NCBI GenBank assembly: GCA_041917255.1
Contig: JAYRYA010000015.1
Span: forward strand, 3,909-67,908
Direction of reading: 5' to 3'
DNA: 64,000 bases
From: Zoogloea sp.
Lineage (GTDB): Bacteria; Pseudomonadota; Gammaproteobacteria; Burkholderiales; Rhodocyclaceae
Under the pieces are notes generated by a model that saw only the letters and a list, made by a program, of their open reading frames with translations, did not search any database and was not told where the DNA came from. The translations under genes were made by a program, and so were the position numbers. Positions 9,725 to 19,509 of the stretch are shown here, one piece after another. Every line of letters starts with the position of its first letter. Within the stretch, counting starts at the first letter, position 1.

Positions 9725-12130
9725 ATGCGTTCTTCCACTGTCACGCTGCCCCGCCAGGCGCTATCGATCGGTATTGAGGGCATGACCTGCAGCAGTTGCG
9801 CTGCCCGCGTAGAAAAGCAGCTGGCTCGCCTGCCCGGCATTTCCAAGGCCACCGTCAGTTTCCCCACCGAATCGGCGTTGCTGGAGTCCGATTCGGTCGT
9901 TGACCTGACGACTGTGCGCCAGGCGATTGAGAAGGCGGGTTTCCATGTTCCTGAGGAAAGCCGGGTTTTGGCGATCACGGGGATGACGTGCAGCAGTTGC
10001 GCCGCGCGAGTGGAGAAGGTTCTGGCCGGGGTTCCCGGTGTCGTGAGCGCCACCGTCAACTTCGCAACTGAACAAGTGCATGTCACGCTGACCCGTGGCG
10101 TACCTACCTCGATCCTGATCAAGGCTGTCCGGAAGGCGGGTTACGATGCCGCATTGCTGACGGAGGGCTCCCCAACTGCAGCAGCACCGGTTCGCCATGG
10201 CGCCGAATGGTGGCCTGTTGCTGTTGCGGCGACCCTCTCCCTTCCGCTCGTGATTCCGATGCTGGCTGATCTGTTCGGTGCGCACTGGATGTTGCCTGGT
10301 TGGGTGCAGTTATTGTTGGCGACTCCTGTTCAATTCTGGCTGGGGCTGCGTTTCTACCGTGCAGGCTGGAAGGCACTGCGTGCCGGCAGCGGGAACATGG
10401 ATCTCCTCGTGGCCCTGGGGACGACTGCGGCCTACGGACTCAGCGTATATCTCCTGGCAAAGCCGACAGGCGGTGAGATGCCCCACCTGTATTTTGAAGC
10501 TTCAGCCGTGGTGATCACGCTGGTTCTGCTGGGCAAGTGGCTTGAAACCAGGGCTAAGCGGCAAACCACCGAAGCGATCCGTGCGCTCCAGGCCCTGCGG
10601 CCTGCCGTCGCCCGCATTCGTACTGGCGACGGTGACCGGGAGATCGCCATCGATGCGGTCCACGTGGGCGATGTGGTGGTTGTGAAGCCCGGTGAGCGGA
10701 TACCGGTTGATGGCCAGATCGTGGAGGGGAGCAGCCATCTGGACGAGTCCATGTTGACCGGTGAAAGCCTGCCGGTCCCCAAGCAGCCCGGAGATCGTGT
10801 CAGCGGTGGTGCAATCAATGCTGACGGCTTGCTGCTGGTGCAGACAACGGCCATCGGTACGGAAACCACTTTGGCCCGGATCATCCGGTTGGTTGAGAGT
10901 GCCCAGTCGGCCAAGGCACCCATTCAGCGCCTGGTGGACCGGGTGAGTGCGGTGTTTGTCCCGGTGGTCATGCTCATCGCGCTGCTGACCTTTGGCGGAT
11001 GGTGGGCGTACGGCAGCGATGTCGAGACAGCGATTATCAACGCCGTCGCGGTGCTCGTGATTGCCTGCCCGTGTGCGCTGGGTCTTGCCACCCCCACTGC
11101 GCTCATGGCGGGAACGGGTGTGGCCGCGCGACACGGCATTCTGGTGAAGGATGCGGAGGCGCTGGAAGTGGCGCACAAGGTGACAGCCGTCGTCTTCGAC
11201 AAGACCGGCACCCTGACGGAAGGCAAGCCCCAGGTCGTGGCCTTCGAAGCCGTTGGCGGCGATACTCAGCAGCTCCTCAGCCTCGCTGCCAGTCTTCAGT
11301 TGGGTAGCGAGCATCCCTTGGCGCGAGCCGTGGGCAAGGCTGCCCAGGACGCCGGACTGAGCCCGGTCAGTGCCCGGTTCGTTCAGGCCTTACCCGGACG
11401 CGGGCTGGCCGGCGAAATTGATGGAACACACTATGTTCTTGGTAATGCCCGATTGATGCATGAGCGCGGTTTCAAAATGGACCATCTTGCCGACACCGCA
11501 ATGCGCCTCCAAGCCGAAGGGCGGACCATATCCTGGCTGGCATCGGAAGGTGCTCAGGCCGTGCTGGGCTTGATCGCCTTCGGCGACCGGATGAAGCCAG
11601 AAGCGCGGGCAAGTATCGATCGCCTCAAGCAGATGGGCATCAGGACTGCGCTGATTACGGGCGACAGTCGTGGCGCTGCGCATGGTGTGGCAACCGAGCT
11701 TGGAATCGATCAGTGTCTGGCTGAAGTGCTGCCGGAGGGCAAGGCGGCCGAGATCGAAACCTTGAAACGGGAAGACCACGTCGTTGCCATGGTGGGCGAT
11801 GGCATCAACGATGCACCGGCATTGGCTGCCGCCGACATCGGCATCGCCATGGGAACCGGAGCGGACGTGGCCATGCACGCGGCCGGGGCGACTTTGATGC
11901 GTGGCGATCTGGCACTGGTGGCTTCGACGATCGACATCTCTCGCCGGACCTACGCCAAAATGCGGCAGAACCTGTTCTGGGCTTGCGTCTACAACGTCGT
12001 GGGCATACCCCTGGCAGCCGCGGGAATCCTGAACCCGGTCATTGCAGGTGCCGCCATGGCATTCTCAAGCGTCAGCGTGGTGTCGAACGCATTGCTGCTT
12101 CGGCGCTGGCGCCCCGTCAAACTTGGATAA
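9725..12130 (+). CDS. copA: Cu(I)-translocating P1B-type ATPase
   Basis: Two GMTCSSC domains, [23 protein letters not shown] and MAFSS motifs. Confidence 0.95.
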   Translation: MRSSTVTLPRQALSIGIEGMTCSSCAARVEKQLARLPGISKATVSFPTESALLESDSVVDLTTVRQAIEKAGFHVPEESRVLAITGMTCSSCAARVEKVLAGVPGVVSATVNFATEQVHVTLTRGVPTSILIKAVRKAGYDAALLTEGSPTAAAPVRHGAEWWPVAVAATLSLPLVIPMLADLFGAHWMLPGWVQLLLATPVQFWLGLRFYRAGWKALRAGSGNMDLLVALGTTAAYGLSVYLLAKPTGGEMPHLYFEASAVVITLVLLGKWLETRAKRQTTEAIRALQALRPAVARIRTGDGDREIAIDAVHVGDVVVVKPGERIPVDGQIVEGSSHLDESMLTGESLPVPKQPGDRVSGGAINADGLLLVQTTAIGTETTLARIIRLVESAQSAKAPIQRLVDRVSAVFVPVVMLIALLTFGGWWAYGSDVETAIINAVAVLVIACPCALGLATPTALMAGTGVAARHGILVKDAEALEVAHKVTAVVFDKTGTLTEGKPQVVAFEAVGGDTQQLLSLAASLQLGSEHPLARAVGKAAQDAGLSPVSARFVQALPGRGLAGEIDGTHYVLGNARLMHERGFKMDHLADTAMRLQAEGRTISWLASEGAQAVLGLIAFGDRMKPEARASIDRLKQMGIRTALITGDSRGAAHGVATELGIDQCLAEVLPEGKAAEIETLKREDHVVAMVGDGINDAPALAAADIGIAMGTGADVAMHAAGATLMRGDLALVASTIDISRRTYAKMRQNLFWACVYNVVGIPLAAAGILNPVIAGAAMAFSSVSVVSNALLLRRWRPVKLG

Positions 12131-12142
12131 GAGGAAGGCAAC

Positions 12143-12586
12143 ATGAACATCGGAGCAGTTGCCAAGGCCAGCGGTGTCTCGGCCAAGATGATCCGTCACT
12201 ACGAGCAGATTGGCTTGATTGGCCACAGCCCCCGGACCGAAGCGGGCTACCGCCAGTATCAGGAGCGGGACCTGCACACGCTAAAGTTCATCCGCAGCGC
12301 CCGCGATCTCGGGTTCTCTCTGGAGCAGATTCACCAACTCCTGTCGCTCTGGTATGACGAGCAGCGCTCCAGTGCGGAGGTGAAGCAGCTTGCGGAAAGT
12401 CACTTGGGCGATCTCGATGCGCGAATTCAGGCGCTCACCACAATGCGCGACGCACTGGTGCGCTTGTCGGAGAGTTGTTGCGGTGACGATCGTCCTGACT
12501 GTCCGATTCTTGAGGGGCTTGCCGGGCACGTGCCTGCATCATCGAGCCCACCCCAGCTCTCGAAGCAGAAAGCCCAAGGCGTTTAG
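12143..12586 (+). CDS. cueR: Cu(I)-responsive regulator CueR
   Basis: MNIGAVAKASGVSAKMIRHYE; CCGDDRPDCPIL. Confidence 0.93.
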   Translation: MNIGAVAKASGVSAKMIRHYEQIGLIGHSPRTEAGYRQYQERDLHTLKFIRSARDLGFSLEQIHQLLSLWYDEQRSSAEVKQLAESHLGDLDARIQALTTMRDALVRLSESCCGDDRPDCPILEGLAGHVPASSSPPQLSKQKAQGV

Positions 12587-13456
12587 GGCGAACTGGGCAT
12601 CCTCCTCCGTGGGAGGCCGGGTGTTGTAGCGTTTTTGCTCGTTGGGTTTTCCGCGAGAGTGAAAGCGCTGCAGCAGACGGATGGCCGAACCTGCTGCTGA
12701 CGGGGGCTGGGTATTGCCGTTGCCTTGCTGTTTTTCGAACGCTTTCAACAAGTCACCCAGGTCGAGATGGTGGACGTTGTTCGGGGCATCTCCAGATGCT
12801 TCGAGCCAGTACGACAGGACCGTGGTTGTCGCGGCACGACAGAGATCGATCAAGGAGACCGGACTGGAGCGAAATGCTGCATCGGCAACCTTGTCCAGAA
12901 TTGTCGTTACGTCTGGGCTTGCCTGTTTGGGAATATGGTCGTTGATCAACTCGGGCAGGCTACCAAAGGTGGAGCGGGCATGCAGCGTGATCAGCTCTTC
13001 CCCTGAAGCGATTGTTTCCACGGAGACAATCCGCCAGACAGTGGGGGCTGACTGGGTTCCCAGGACCAACTGGGCGCGCACAGGGCGAGGGAACGCCAAG
13101 CCGAAAATTCGGGCGGGGTGGTACGTATAGAGCATTCGATTCAGCCGGCCGTCCATCGACATGTTGTTGCGATCTGGAGGCTCTGCCGGATGCGGAGGAA
13201 AGTACCACGTCTGGTTCAGGGCTCCGTCCCGCCACTCGTACAGGCGACCTCGACGTACCCGAGTGACGGGATCGAACGAATCCTCCCGAAAAACCAGGTG
13301 AGCATTGTCCAACCGAGCTGAAGCGGGGAGCGTGCCCCAATCGCTGTCGCAGGTGATCAACGTGGCAATCGAGATTATCGGAGTCGGCCAGATCCCGTGC
13401 CCATAGTTGCTCACCCCCTCGAAGACTAGCCACGTGTTGTTGTCGATACCGATCAT
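12539..13456 (-). CDS. Hypothetical protein with helical C-terminal domain resembling Abi_C/DUF4145/HEPN-type folds
   Basis: 305-aa ORF; ...LIDLCRAA...DLGDLL...RLLQRFHSRGK...TEEDAQFALNALGFLL; family call is tentative. Confidence 0.6.
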   Translation of the reverse strand: MIGIDNNTWLVFEGVSNYGHGIWPTPIISIATLITCDSDWGTLPASARLDNAHLVFREDSFDPVTRVRRGRLYEWRDGALNQTWYFPPHPAEPPDRNNMSMDGRLNRMLYTYHPARIFGLAFPRPVRAQLVLGTQSAPTVWRIVSVETIASGEELITLHARSTFGSLPELINDHIPKQASPDVTTILDKVADAAFRSSPVSLIDLCRAATTTVLSYWLEASGDAPNNVHHLDLGDLLKAFEKQQGNGNTQPPSAAGSAIRLLQRFHSRGKPNEQKRYNTRPPTEEDAQFALNALGFLLRELGWAR

Positions 13457-13555
13457 GCATGCGTCCTTAGCGTTGAGTGCGGCGCGATGCTAATGGATTC
13501 CGGAGCGCTGGTGAGTGTTCGCGCATCGTTTCAAGATCCAAGAGAGGGACGAAGG

Positions 13556-14197
13556 CTACTGCGGAACGGATGGCGGAGCGTGAAGCGCCAAATACGCAGG
13601 CAAGTCGCACAATGACCGCAGAAAGCGGGGATCGGGGCTTGCCAGATTCCGAGCAAGGTGGATTGCGTGCATCCCAACCCTCCTTGGCCCCAGGCAGTCT
13701 GCCTCGTAGGTATCCCCGACCATCAGCACCTCGCCCGGACTGAGTGCCAGTGACTGCCAAACTGTGCTGTAGATCCGGTGGTCCGGCTTCACAACACCCA
13801 CCTCGAAACTCCATGCATACGCATCGAACTCAAAGGGTAGAAGGGACAAAACAGGGGGTGCGTACGGTTCGGCCAGATTGCTACACAATCCGAGTTGCAA
13901 CCCTTGTCTTTGCAAAGCACGGAGGACCGGAACGACCTCCGGATAAAGTCGAATACTGCTGATCTCCATCGCGAGCTCGTCGGCAAGCTCATCGCACAGG
14001 GCTGGCGAGAGAGCCAATCCAAGCCACCTCGCGATGGCCCAGATGTCACCGTTCATGCTCATGATCCGCGCGGCATCATCGGGCTGTGGAGTCCTTCCGG
14101 CCTGCGCTGCGAGGCGCAAAAGCCGTGCGTATGGGCGGCGCCGATCTCCAATCTCAGCCAGCGTACCAAACACGTCGAAAATGATCGCCTTGATCAT
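13556..14197 (-). CDS. HAD-superfamily hydrolase
   Basis: IIFDVFGTL, CSN, KPD, MVGDTYEAD motifs. Confidence 0.88.
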   Translation of the reverse strand: MIKAIIFDVFGTLAEIGDRRRPYARLLRLAAQAGRTPQPDDAARIMSMNGDIWAIARWLGLALSPALCDELADELAMEISSIRLYPEVVPVLRALQRQGLQLGLCSNLAEPYAPPVLSLLPFEFDAYAWSFEVGVVKPDHRIYSTVWQSLALSPGEVLMVGDTYEADCLGPRRVGMHAIHLARNLASPDPRFLRSLCDLPAYLALHAPPSVPQ

Positions 14198-14315
14198 ATG
14201 CAGGGAGGATTGTTCAGAAAGGGGCTTCCGTCCGCCAAGAACAGGTTGCGCCAGATCTTTGGTGTTGAACGGACCATCCAGATCTGCACCTCATTCAGAT
14301 CCAGGCTTTGGGCGA

Positions 14316-14744
14316 TCACTGGAGTGAAGTGAACTCCTTCCAGAATTCATACTCGGAGATGTCCCATGTGCCGTAAGCGCTGCAGTACTGCTTACCATCA
14401 GCGACCTCATACACGTGCGCCAACGGGTCGGACGGCTTTTTCCAGATTCGGATCAATGGCTCCATCTTCCAGTGAGCCGAACCGTTCAAAAACGGCGGGC
14501 TAACGAGTTGGATGCCGACGATTGAAACACCTTTGCTCTCCCGATCAAAAAAAGCTACCAACTCGTTCGCAGGATTGGAAATCATCACTGTTTCGGAAAA
14601 ACGCCCTTCCTGTGTAGAAACAGCATAACTCACGTAAAACCATTCATTGGGCGTAGTGATACCCACCGCCCGCCAAGCATCTTTTCCAGTGCCAAGAAGG
14701 CCCGACATGAAAGGATGATGAGCTGATACGTCAGTAATAAACAT
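14316..14744 (-). CDS. Hypothetical protein
   Basis: 142-aa protein-like ORF in AT-richer DNA, divergent from the XRE gene. Confidence 0.55.
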   Translation of the reverse strand: MFITDVSAHHPFMSGLLGTGKDAWRAVGITTPNEWFYVSYAVSTQEGRFSETVMISNPANELVAFFDRESKGVSIVGIQLVSPPFLNGSAHWKMEPLIRIWKKPSDPLAHVYEVADGKQYCSAYGTWDISEYEFWKEFTSLQ

Positions 14745-14903
14745 TGCGATTCGAGACTTTCAGTAGCGGCGCGTGACGAATGATCGCGTTGGCCGGGTGA
14801 GGACGTTTTCCGTGAACTCAGTAGGAACTGAATATATCGGGAGGGGCAATATTGTGACGTAAACGCGGCTGACTTAAAAGCATCATTCCGAGACACTGAT
14901 TCA

Positions 14904-15146
14904 ATGCCTGTCAGCGAATCATCGTCTCGTTCACGCGCGCCAACGGCGCGTGAACTCCTTGCGATGAACATAGTTCGCCTCCGCAAGGAACGGGGATGGT
15001 CTCAGGAAGATCTCGCGTTGGAATCTGGCTTGCACCGCACCTTCGTGGCGCACGTTGAACGCCAAGTACGAAATATCTCGATCGACAACATTGAACGTCT
15101 TGCAAACGCTTTGCAGATAGATGTCCACGTCTTGCTGTTGCCATAG
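14904..15146 (+). CDS. XRE-family HTH regulator
   Basis: NIVRLRKERGWSQEDLALESGLHRTFVAHVERQVRNISIDNIERLANAL. Confidence 0.9.
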   Translation: MPVSESSSRSRAPTARELLAMNIVRLRKERGWSQEDLALESGLHRTFVAHVERQVRNISIDNIERLANALQIDVHVLLLP

Positions 15147-15754
15147 GGTCGGTGCCCCGTGCTCGGCAAGGGGTGGAGTGGTGTTGAGCTCAACGATCAC
15201 ATCCCTTGGGCCACACAGAGTGTGGTGGTCAAGTAATACCGGACACCTCGATAGGGTGCTGTACTGCGGTTTTCCGTTCATAGGCCGTGGGCGGCAGGCC
15301 TGCTTTGCAAGGGATGATCACCTTGTCGGATCCCCTGCGCACCTAACCTGGCGGTGGGGTTTATCCCAACTCAGTGGCCTTGGGATGTTGATTCACCTAT
15401 CCGCTTGGAACTAAGCAAGGGAATCGTGACCGTCATAGTGATCTGGTCCACATCCCTGGCCATAGCCTGCAGTGCCTGGCTGTGCGAGTGGCTCGGGTCA
15501 TCTAGGGTGGAGCGTTACCGCCTTCGGTGACGCTGCTCTACATGCGGGCTGGCATGGACACGACCCGCGCTCAGGTGATGCAGGTCTTCGGTGAGATGCG
15601 GCCCCATCACACACACATCTTGGTCATGCCCCAATATGGTTACGATGAAATCGTCGGTCAACACTCAAGTTGCCGTTCAATCGTTGACAGCTGTGATCAA
15701 AGTGATTGCTCTGGATAGCACGGGTTTCGCTGGTAAGGCTCTTTGAGAATGACT

Positions 15755-16598
15755 GGTCAACTTATCGGTAATCTCCAAAACGATCAGTCGGCTCGACGAG
15801 GAAACCTTGGAGGCGCAGCGCGACCAGATCCGTACCGGCGTATTCACCGCAACCCTGGCCGTACTGGCGACTGCATTCACGCTTTACCCGCTGATGCTGG
15901 CCCTGCTGCGTCGATCCATGGGACTGTCCCGCTCATTACTCGACTCGAACCTATCCCTGATTCGCTCGCTGGGCAATGCGGTGGCCAAGAAAGATTCTGG
16001 CACCGATGCCCATAACTACCGGGTCACCCTCTACGCGATCGGGCTGGCCGAGGCCCTGGGCGTCTCCTCGACGGAAATCTCGCACCTGGTGGCCGGCGCC
16101 TTCCTGCACGACGTGGGCAAGATTGGCATTCCCGACAGCATTCTCCTGAAGGGAGGTGCCTTGACTCCTGCCGAACGCCAGATCATGCAGACACATCCGA
16201 TCATAGGTACGGAAATCGTCACCGGGAACCCATGGTTGCAAGAGGCCGCCGTGATCATCCGGCACCATCATGAAAGACTGGACGGCAAGGGCTATCCGGA
16301 TGGCCTGCAGGGGGAGGTTATTCCACTGATCGCCAGGATCTTCGCCGTTGTGGACGTCTTCGACGCACTCACCTCGGAACGATCTTACAAATCCCCACTA
16401 GGATTTGATGAAGCCCTGCAGATCATCCTGAACGAGTCAGGCGCTCACTTTGACCCTCGGGTCGTCGACACCTTCCGGAACATCGCGCCGGCCCTCTATG
16501 TCGAGATCACCCGTGCAGATCGAATTGAACTCGAACACCGCCTGCGTGACGCGCTGTCACGATATTTCAGATTGGACCGCCTTCCTTCCCCCAGCTAG
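15755..16598 (+). pseudogene. 5'-degraded paralog of the HD-GYP gene (catalytic domain intact from TTG 15807)
   Basis: Close to the 2461-3756 product from TISRLD onward; GQLIGNLQ upstream is out of frame by one base; periplasmic region lost. Confidence 0.8.
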
Positions 16599-16625
16599 TG
16601 CGGGGCAGGTGGGGGCACGAGCACA

Positions 16626-16661
16626 TGAATGAGGCCCGGTGCCAGCACCGGGCCTCATTCA
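16626..16661. terminator. 17-bp perfect hairpin between convergent genes
   Basis: TGAATGAGGCCCGGTGC-CA-GCACCGGGCCTCATTCA. Confidence 0.7.
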
Positions 16662-16686
16662 CGCTAAGCGCTAGTGACGGCAGGGC

Positions 16687-17061
16687 TCACTTGCCCTTGG
16701 TGGCCTCATACAGGCCATGTCCGCCGACCCCCTCCTCATGGTTGTCCTTGCCGCGATCCAGAGTCTTCTCCGCTTCACGCTTGCGCGCTTGGCTTTCCTT
16801 GGTCGCGGGAGGCATCTTCTTGAGTTCATGAACCGCATGGCCCCCGACGCCTTCCATGTGGTTATCCTTGTCCCGATCCCAGTTCTTCTGCAGCTCCCGC
16901 TCCTTCTTCACCTCTGCCGCAGTTGGCTTTCCCTTTTTCTGCAGATCGTTCAAGGCGTGGCCACCGACGCCCTCAGCGTGATTGTCCTTGTCGTTGATGT
17001 CGGCCTGAGCTGTCCCGGCGACGAGGAGCATGGCGGCAAACAGCGCGGAAATGACTTTCAT
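16687..17061 (-). CDS. Secreted protein with three KDNHxEGVGGH repeats, copy 2
   Basis: Paralog of 9097-9471; AAGGAG RBS. Confidence 0.85.
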   Translation of the reverse strand: MKVISALFAAMLLVAGTAQADINDKDNHAEGVGGHALNDLQKKGKPTAAEVKKERELQKNWDRDKDNHMEGVGGHAVHELKKMPPATKESQARKREAEKTLDRGKDNHEEGVGGHGLYEATKGK

Positions 17062-17119
17062 GATGCTCTCCTTTTTGGTGTGCGGTTGTAAGTCCGTATG
17101 TGAAGGATGCGCTTTGGAC

Positions 17120-17157
17120 CCTTACGGCAACCAAACACGGCCGTGACAATTCAGTCA
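17120..17157 (-). promoter_or_regulatory. Conserved CusR/CopR-like promoter module
   Basis: CCTTACG-GCAA-CCAAAC-N7-TGACAATT-CA-GTCA. Confidence 0.65.
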
Positions 17158-17246
17158 TCTTGGCGTCAGCTTCGCCGCCGTGCGCAATCACAGCTTCCCG
17201 TATTTGCCTTTGGCGGCGATACTCTGCACGATTATCCATTTAACCT

Positions 17247-18524
17247 ATGCAAGGACTCGCGGTGGACACGACCCGCTATCTGATTGATCGCTGGAGACAG
17301 GACCTCAACGGCACTTACCAGTCCTGGTTCCTTTGGCCCGAACGCTTGAAGAACTTCCGCTCGATCAGGCGCGGGATCGGTCAAGTGATCCGGGAGATTG
17401 ACGCGGGCACGTTTGGCAACGTCTATCGGGGCTCATCCCTGGAAACCGTTGTCGCCTCGATTGCGGAGCAGCGCCAGATCTTCAAGGGAGCCGATCACGC
17501 CTTCCTCTGGAAACCCAAACTACGGATTCCGGATATCTACGAAGACAGGGACAACCAGCGCGCGTTTGGCCGACTGTTGCACGCCTGCGACTGCTGCACC
17601 CGGGAGGCCGACGTGCTCCAGGCGATCCGCACCCTGGAGGCAAAGGGCATCAAAGGCCTTGGTCCCGCCGCGGCCAACCTTCTGTATTTCATCCATCCCA
17701 CGATCGTCGTTCCCTTCAACACTGCCATCGTCAAAGGCTACAACGCCCTTACCGGAGCCGGCGTCAAGCTCGGTCGTTGGGACCATTACCTCGCGATGCG
17801 GCAGGGACTCATCGAGTTCAACCAACGCTATCGGGATCTCCTGTCAAACGACCTCGGGGCCGTCGCCGGACTCATGTTCGATCTTGGTATGGAGCGCTAC
17901 CCCTTACCCCCCGCCGAAGGGGATGCGAAGGCAACTGATGCCTGGGAAAAAGACCTCGCCGCGGTTCGTGAGGAAACCTCCGCCTTTGCCAAGCAACTGG
18001 ACAAAAACCGGGTTTCCGACGAGGGGCATACCGAAGTGCAAGGGTGGTTGAGAGACCTTGGATTGGCACTCGGTTTCTCGGTCTGGATCGCCAGCAACGA
18101 CCAGAGTAGACCCTATGCCGGTGGGCGCCTTTCGGACGGGTGCCTGACGAACCTGCCGGCTGCTTTGCAGAATGACGGCGCTGAGGCGATACGCCTCATC
18201 GACGTGATCTGGCTGGAGCGTGAATCCGGTGCGGTGGTCGCAGCATTCGAGGTCGAACATACGACCTCAATCTACTCAGGGATCGTTCGCCTGCTCGATC
18301 TGGCCTTGTCCGGAGGTGGCCCGCAGCGGCACCACCTGTTCCTGGTCGCCCCAGACGACAGGGAGACGGATGTCCGGCAACAGGTACTGAGGCCCGCGTT
18401 CTCGAAGGTTCGAGAACTGAACATCCGTTACCTTCCCTACGGCGAACTACGCCAGCACCGGGAGGCCATCGCTCGATTCGGTGCGGGCATCAAGCCCGTA
18501 GAGGCGATTGCCCGGATGTTCTGA
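17247..18524 (+). CDS. Restriction-endonuclease-like PD-(D/E)XK nuclease, copy 2
   Basis: Highly similar to the 3854-5119 product; exact start uncertain (GTG at 17262 possible). Confidence 0.7.
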   Translation: MQGLAVDTTRYLIDRWRQDLNGTYQSWFLWPERLKNFRSIRRGIGQVIREIDAGTFGNVYRGSSLETVVASIAEQRQIFKGADHAFLWKPKLRIPDIYEDRDNQRAFGRLLHACDCCTREADVLQAIRTLEAKGIKGLGPAAANLLYFIHPTIVVPFNTAIVKGYNALTGAGVKLGRWDHYLAMRQGLIEFNQRYRDLLSNDLGAVAGLMFDLGMERYPLPPAEGDAKATDAWEKDLAAVREETSAFAKQLDKNRVSDEGHTEVQGWLRDLGLALGFSVWIASNDQSRPYAGGRLSDGCLTNLPAALQNDGAEAIRLIDVIWLERESGAVVAAFEVEHTTSIYSGIVRLLDLALSGGGPQRHHLFLVAPDDRETDVRQQVLRPAFSKVRELNIRYLPYGELRQHREAIARFGAGIKPVEAIARMF

Positions 18525-18634
18525 GAAACGGCGGCGCGGGGGGGGGGGGAAGCGGCCCTCACGGGCCAATGAACCCCGCGGCCTGCTTACGCTCACGACA
18601 ATAAGCGGCGCACACCTGCAGCGCCATCGTTAAC

Positions 18635-18883
18635 TCATTTCTTGCCTTTGGCTTGCGACAGCGTGCTGCCCGCTGCGGACTTCGACTGAGCACTGGTTCG
18701 ACCGTCCCTCAAGACCTTCGACGCTGCAGACGCTGCGGACGCGGAAGTCTGCTTATTGGGGGCATTGGTTTGCGATAGGGCACTTCCCGCCGCCTTCTTG
18801 GAGTTGGCACCCGTCGAGTTGCTCTGGAGGGTCTTGGATGCTGCCGAAGCTGCCTTGCTGCCTGTCGTCTTCGTGTTTGCCAT
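18635..18883 (-). CDS. Small basic Ser/Lys/Ala-rich protein with internal duplication
   Basis: Two units of T..xAASAASKxL....T...SKxAAGSxLSQ; GGGGAG RBS. Confidence 0.75.
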   Translation of the reverse strand: MANTKTTGSKAASAASKTLQSNSTGANSKKAAGSALSQTNAPNKQTSASAASAASKVLRDGRTSAQSKSAAGSTLSQAKGKK

Positions 18884-19245
18884 TGCGAATTCTCCCCATC
18901 GTCAAGAATGAAAGGAAACCGTCAACAGCATATATGACATTAGGCTTTATGTGCAATGACACGTTTCGTTCTGGCTGACAGCCTTCATGGGAAGGTATAC
19001 GCCTGGGTAACGAGGAGGGGCTGTAGGTAAAACCGCTACTTGTCGTTGGGCTGAGCGCCAATGCGGCGATAACGTCACGTAGATGAGCCCCCGGGGTTCC
19101 CGACGCGGATCATCGAAAGGCCTCTTGGTGATCGGCTCGGAAGGCGAGCAGCGCGATGCAGGTAACGCCGACAGGGCCTTAACAGGTGAGGGAGCAACTG
19201 GTCTCGCCGCCGAGGGCGGATTTCTGAAATCCATGGTGACGTAGT

Positions 19246-19278
19246 CAAAAAAACAAAGCCCCCGGTTCCCGGAGGCTT
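19246..19278 (-). terminator. Rho-independent terminator facing amtB read-through
   Basis: Minus strand AAGCCTCCGG-GAA-CCGGGGGCTT then TGTTTTTTT. Confidence 0.75.
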
Positions 19279-19381
19279 CAGGCTTGGTCGGCCGTGGCTG
19301 CAACTGGGGCTACGGTCGTCGAATATCTGTGTCGCCCAGCGGGGCGATCAAACGGTTTGTAACCCCTTGTTTTTGTTTGAT

Positions 19382-19499
19382 TTCAAGAGTCTTGTTCCGA
19401 TTTCATGAGAATGACTTGCTTAAGTGCCGCTCCAACTCATTGTTTTTAATGGAATTCAAGACTCTTGATCTGGTTTCAAGACACTATTGTCCGGAAACA
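19382..19499 (-). repeat. Tn7-like transposon end with three TnsB-type binding sites
   Basis: Minus strand TGTTTCCGGACAATAGTGTCTTGAA versus Tn7 TGTGGGCGGACAATAAAGTCTTAAA; further sites ATCAAGAGTCTTGAA (19455-19469) and AACAAGACTCTTGAA (19382-19396). Confidence 0.82.
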
Positions 19500-19509
19500 C
19501 GAGCGGGGC

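Noticed and set aside
15147-15750. Short ORFs in apparently decayed DNA
   Set aside because: No recognisable family, IS ends or RBS-supported ORF.
18538-18549. G12 homopolymer
   Set aside because: It is intergenic between convergent genes, so no phase-variation target is evident; its length may be a sequencing artefact.
18900-19380. Possible CAST mini-CRISPR array, tRNA or tmRNA near the Tn7-like end
   Set aside because: I saw no direct repeats with spacers, no segment matching the amtB 3' end, and no tRNA or ssrA signature.
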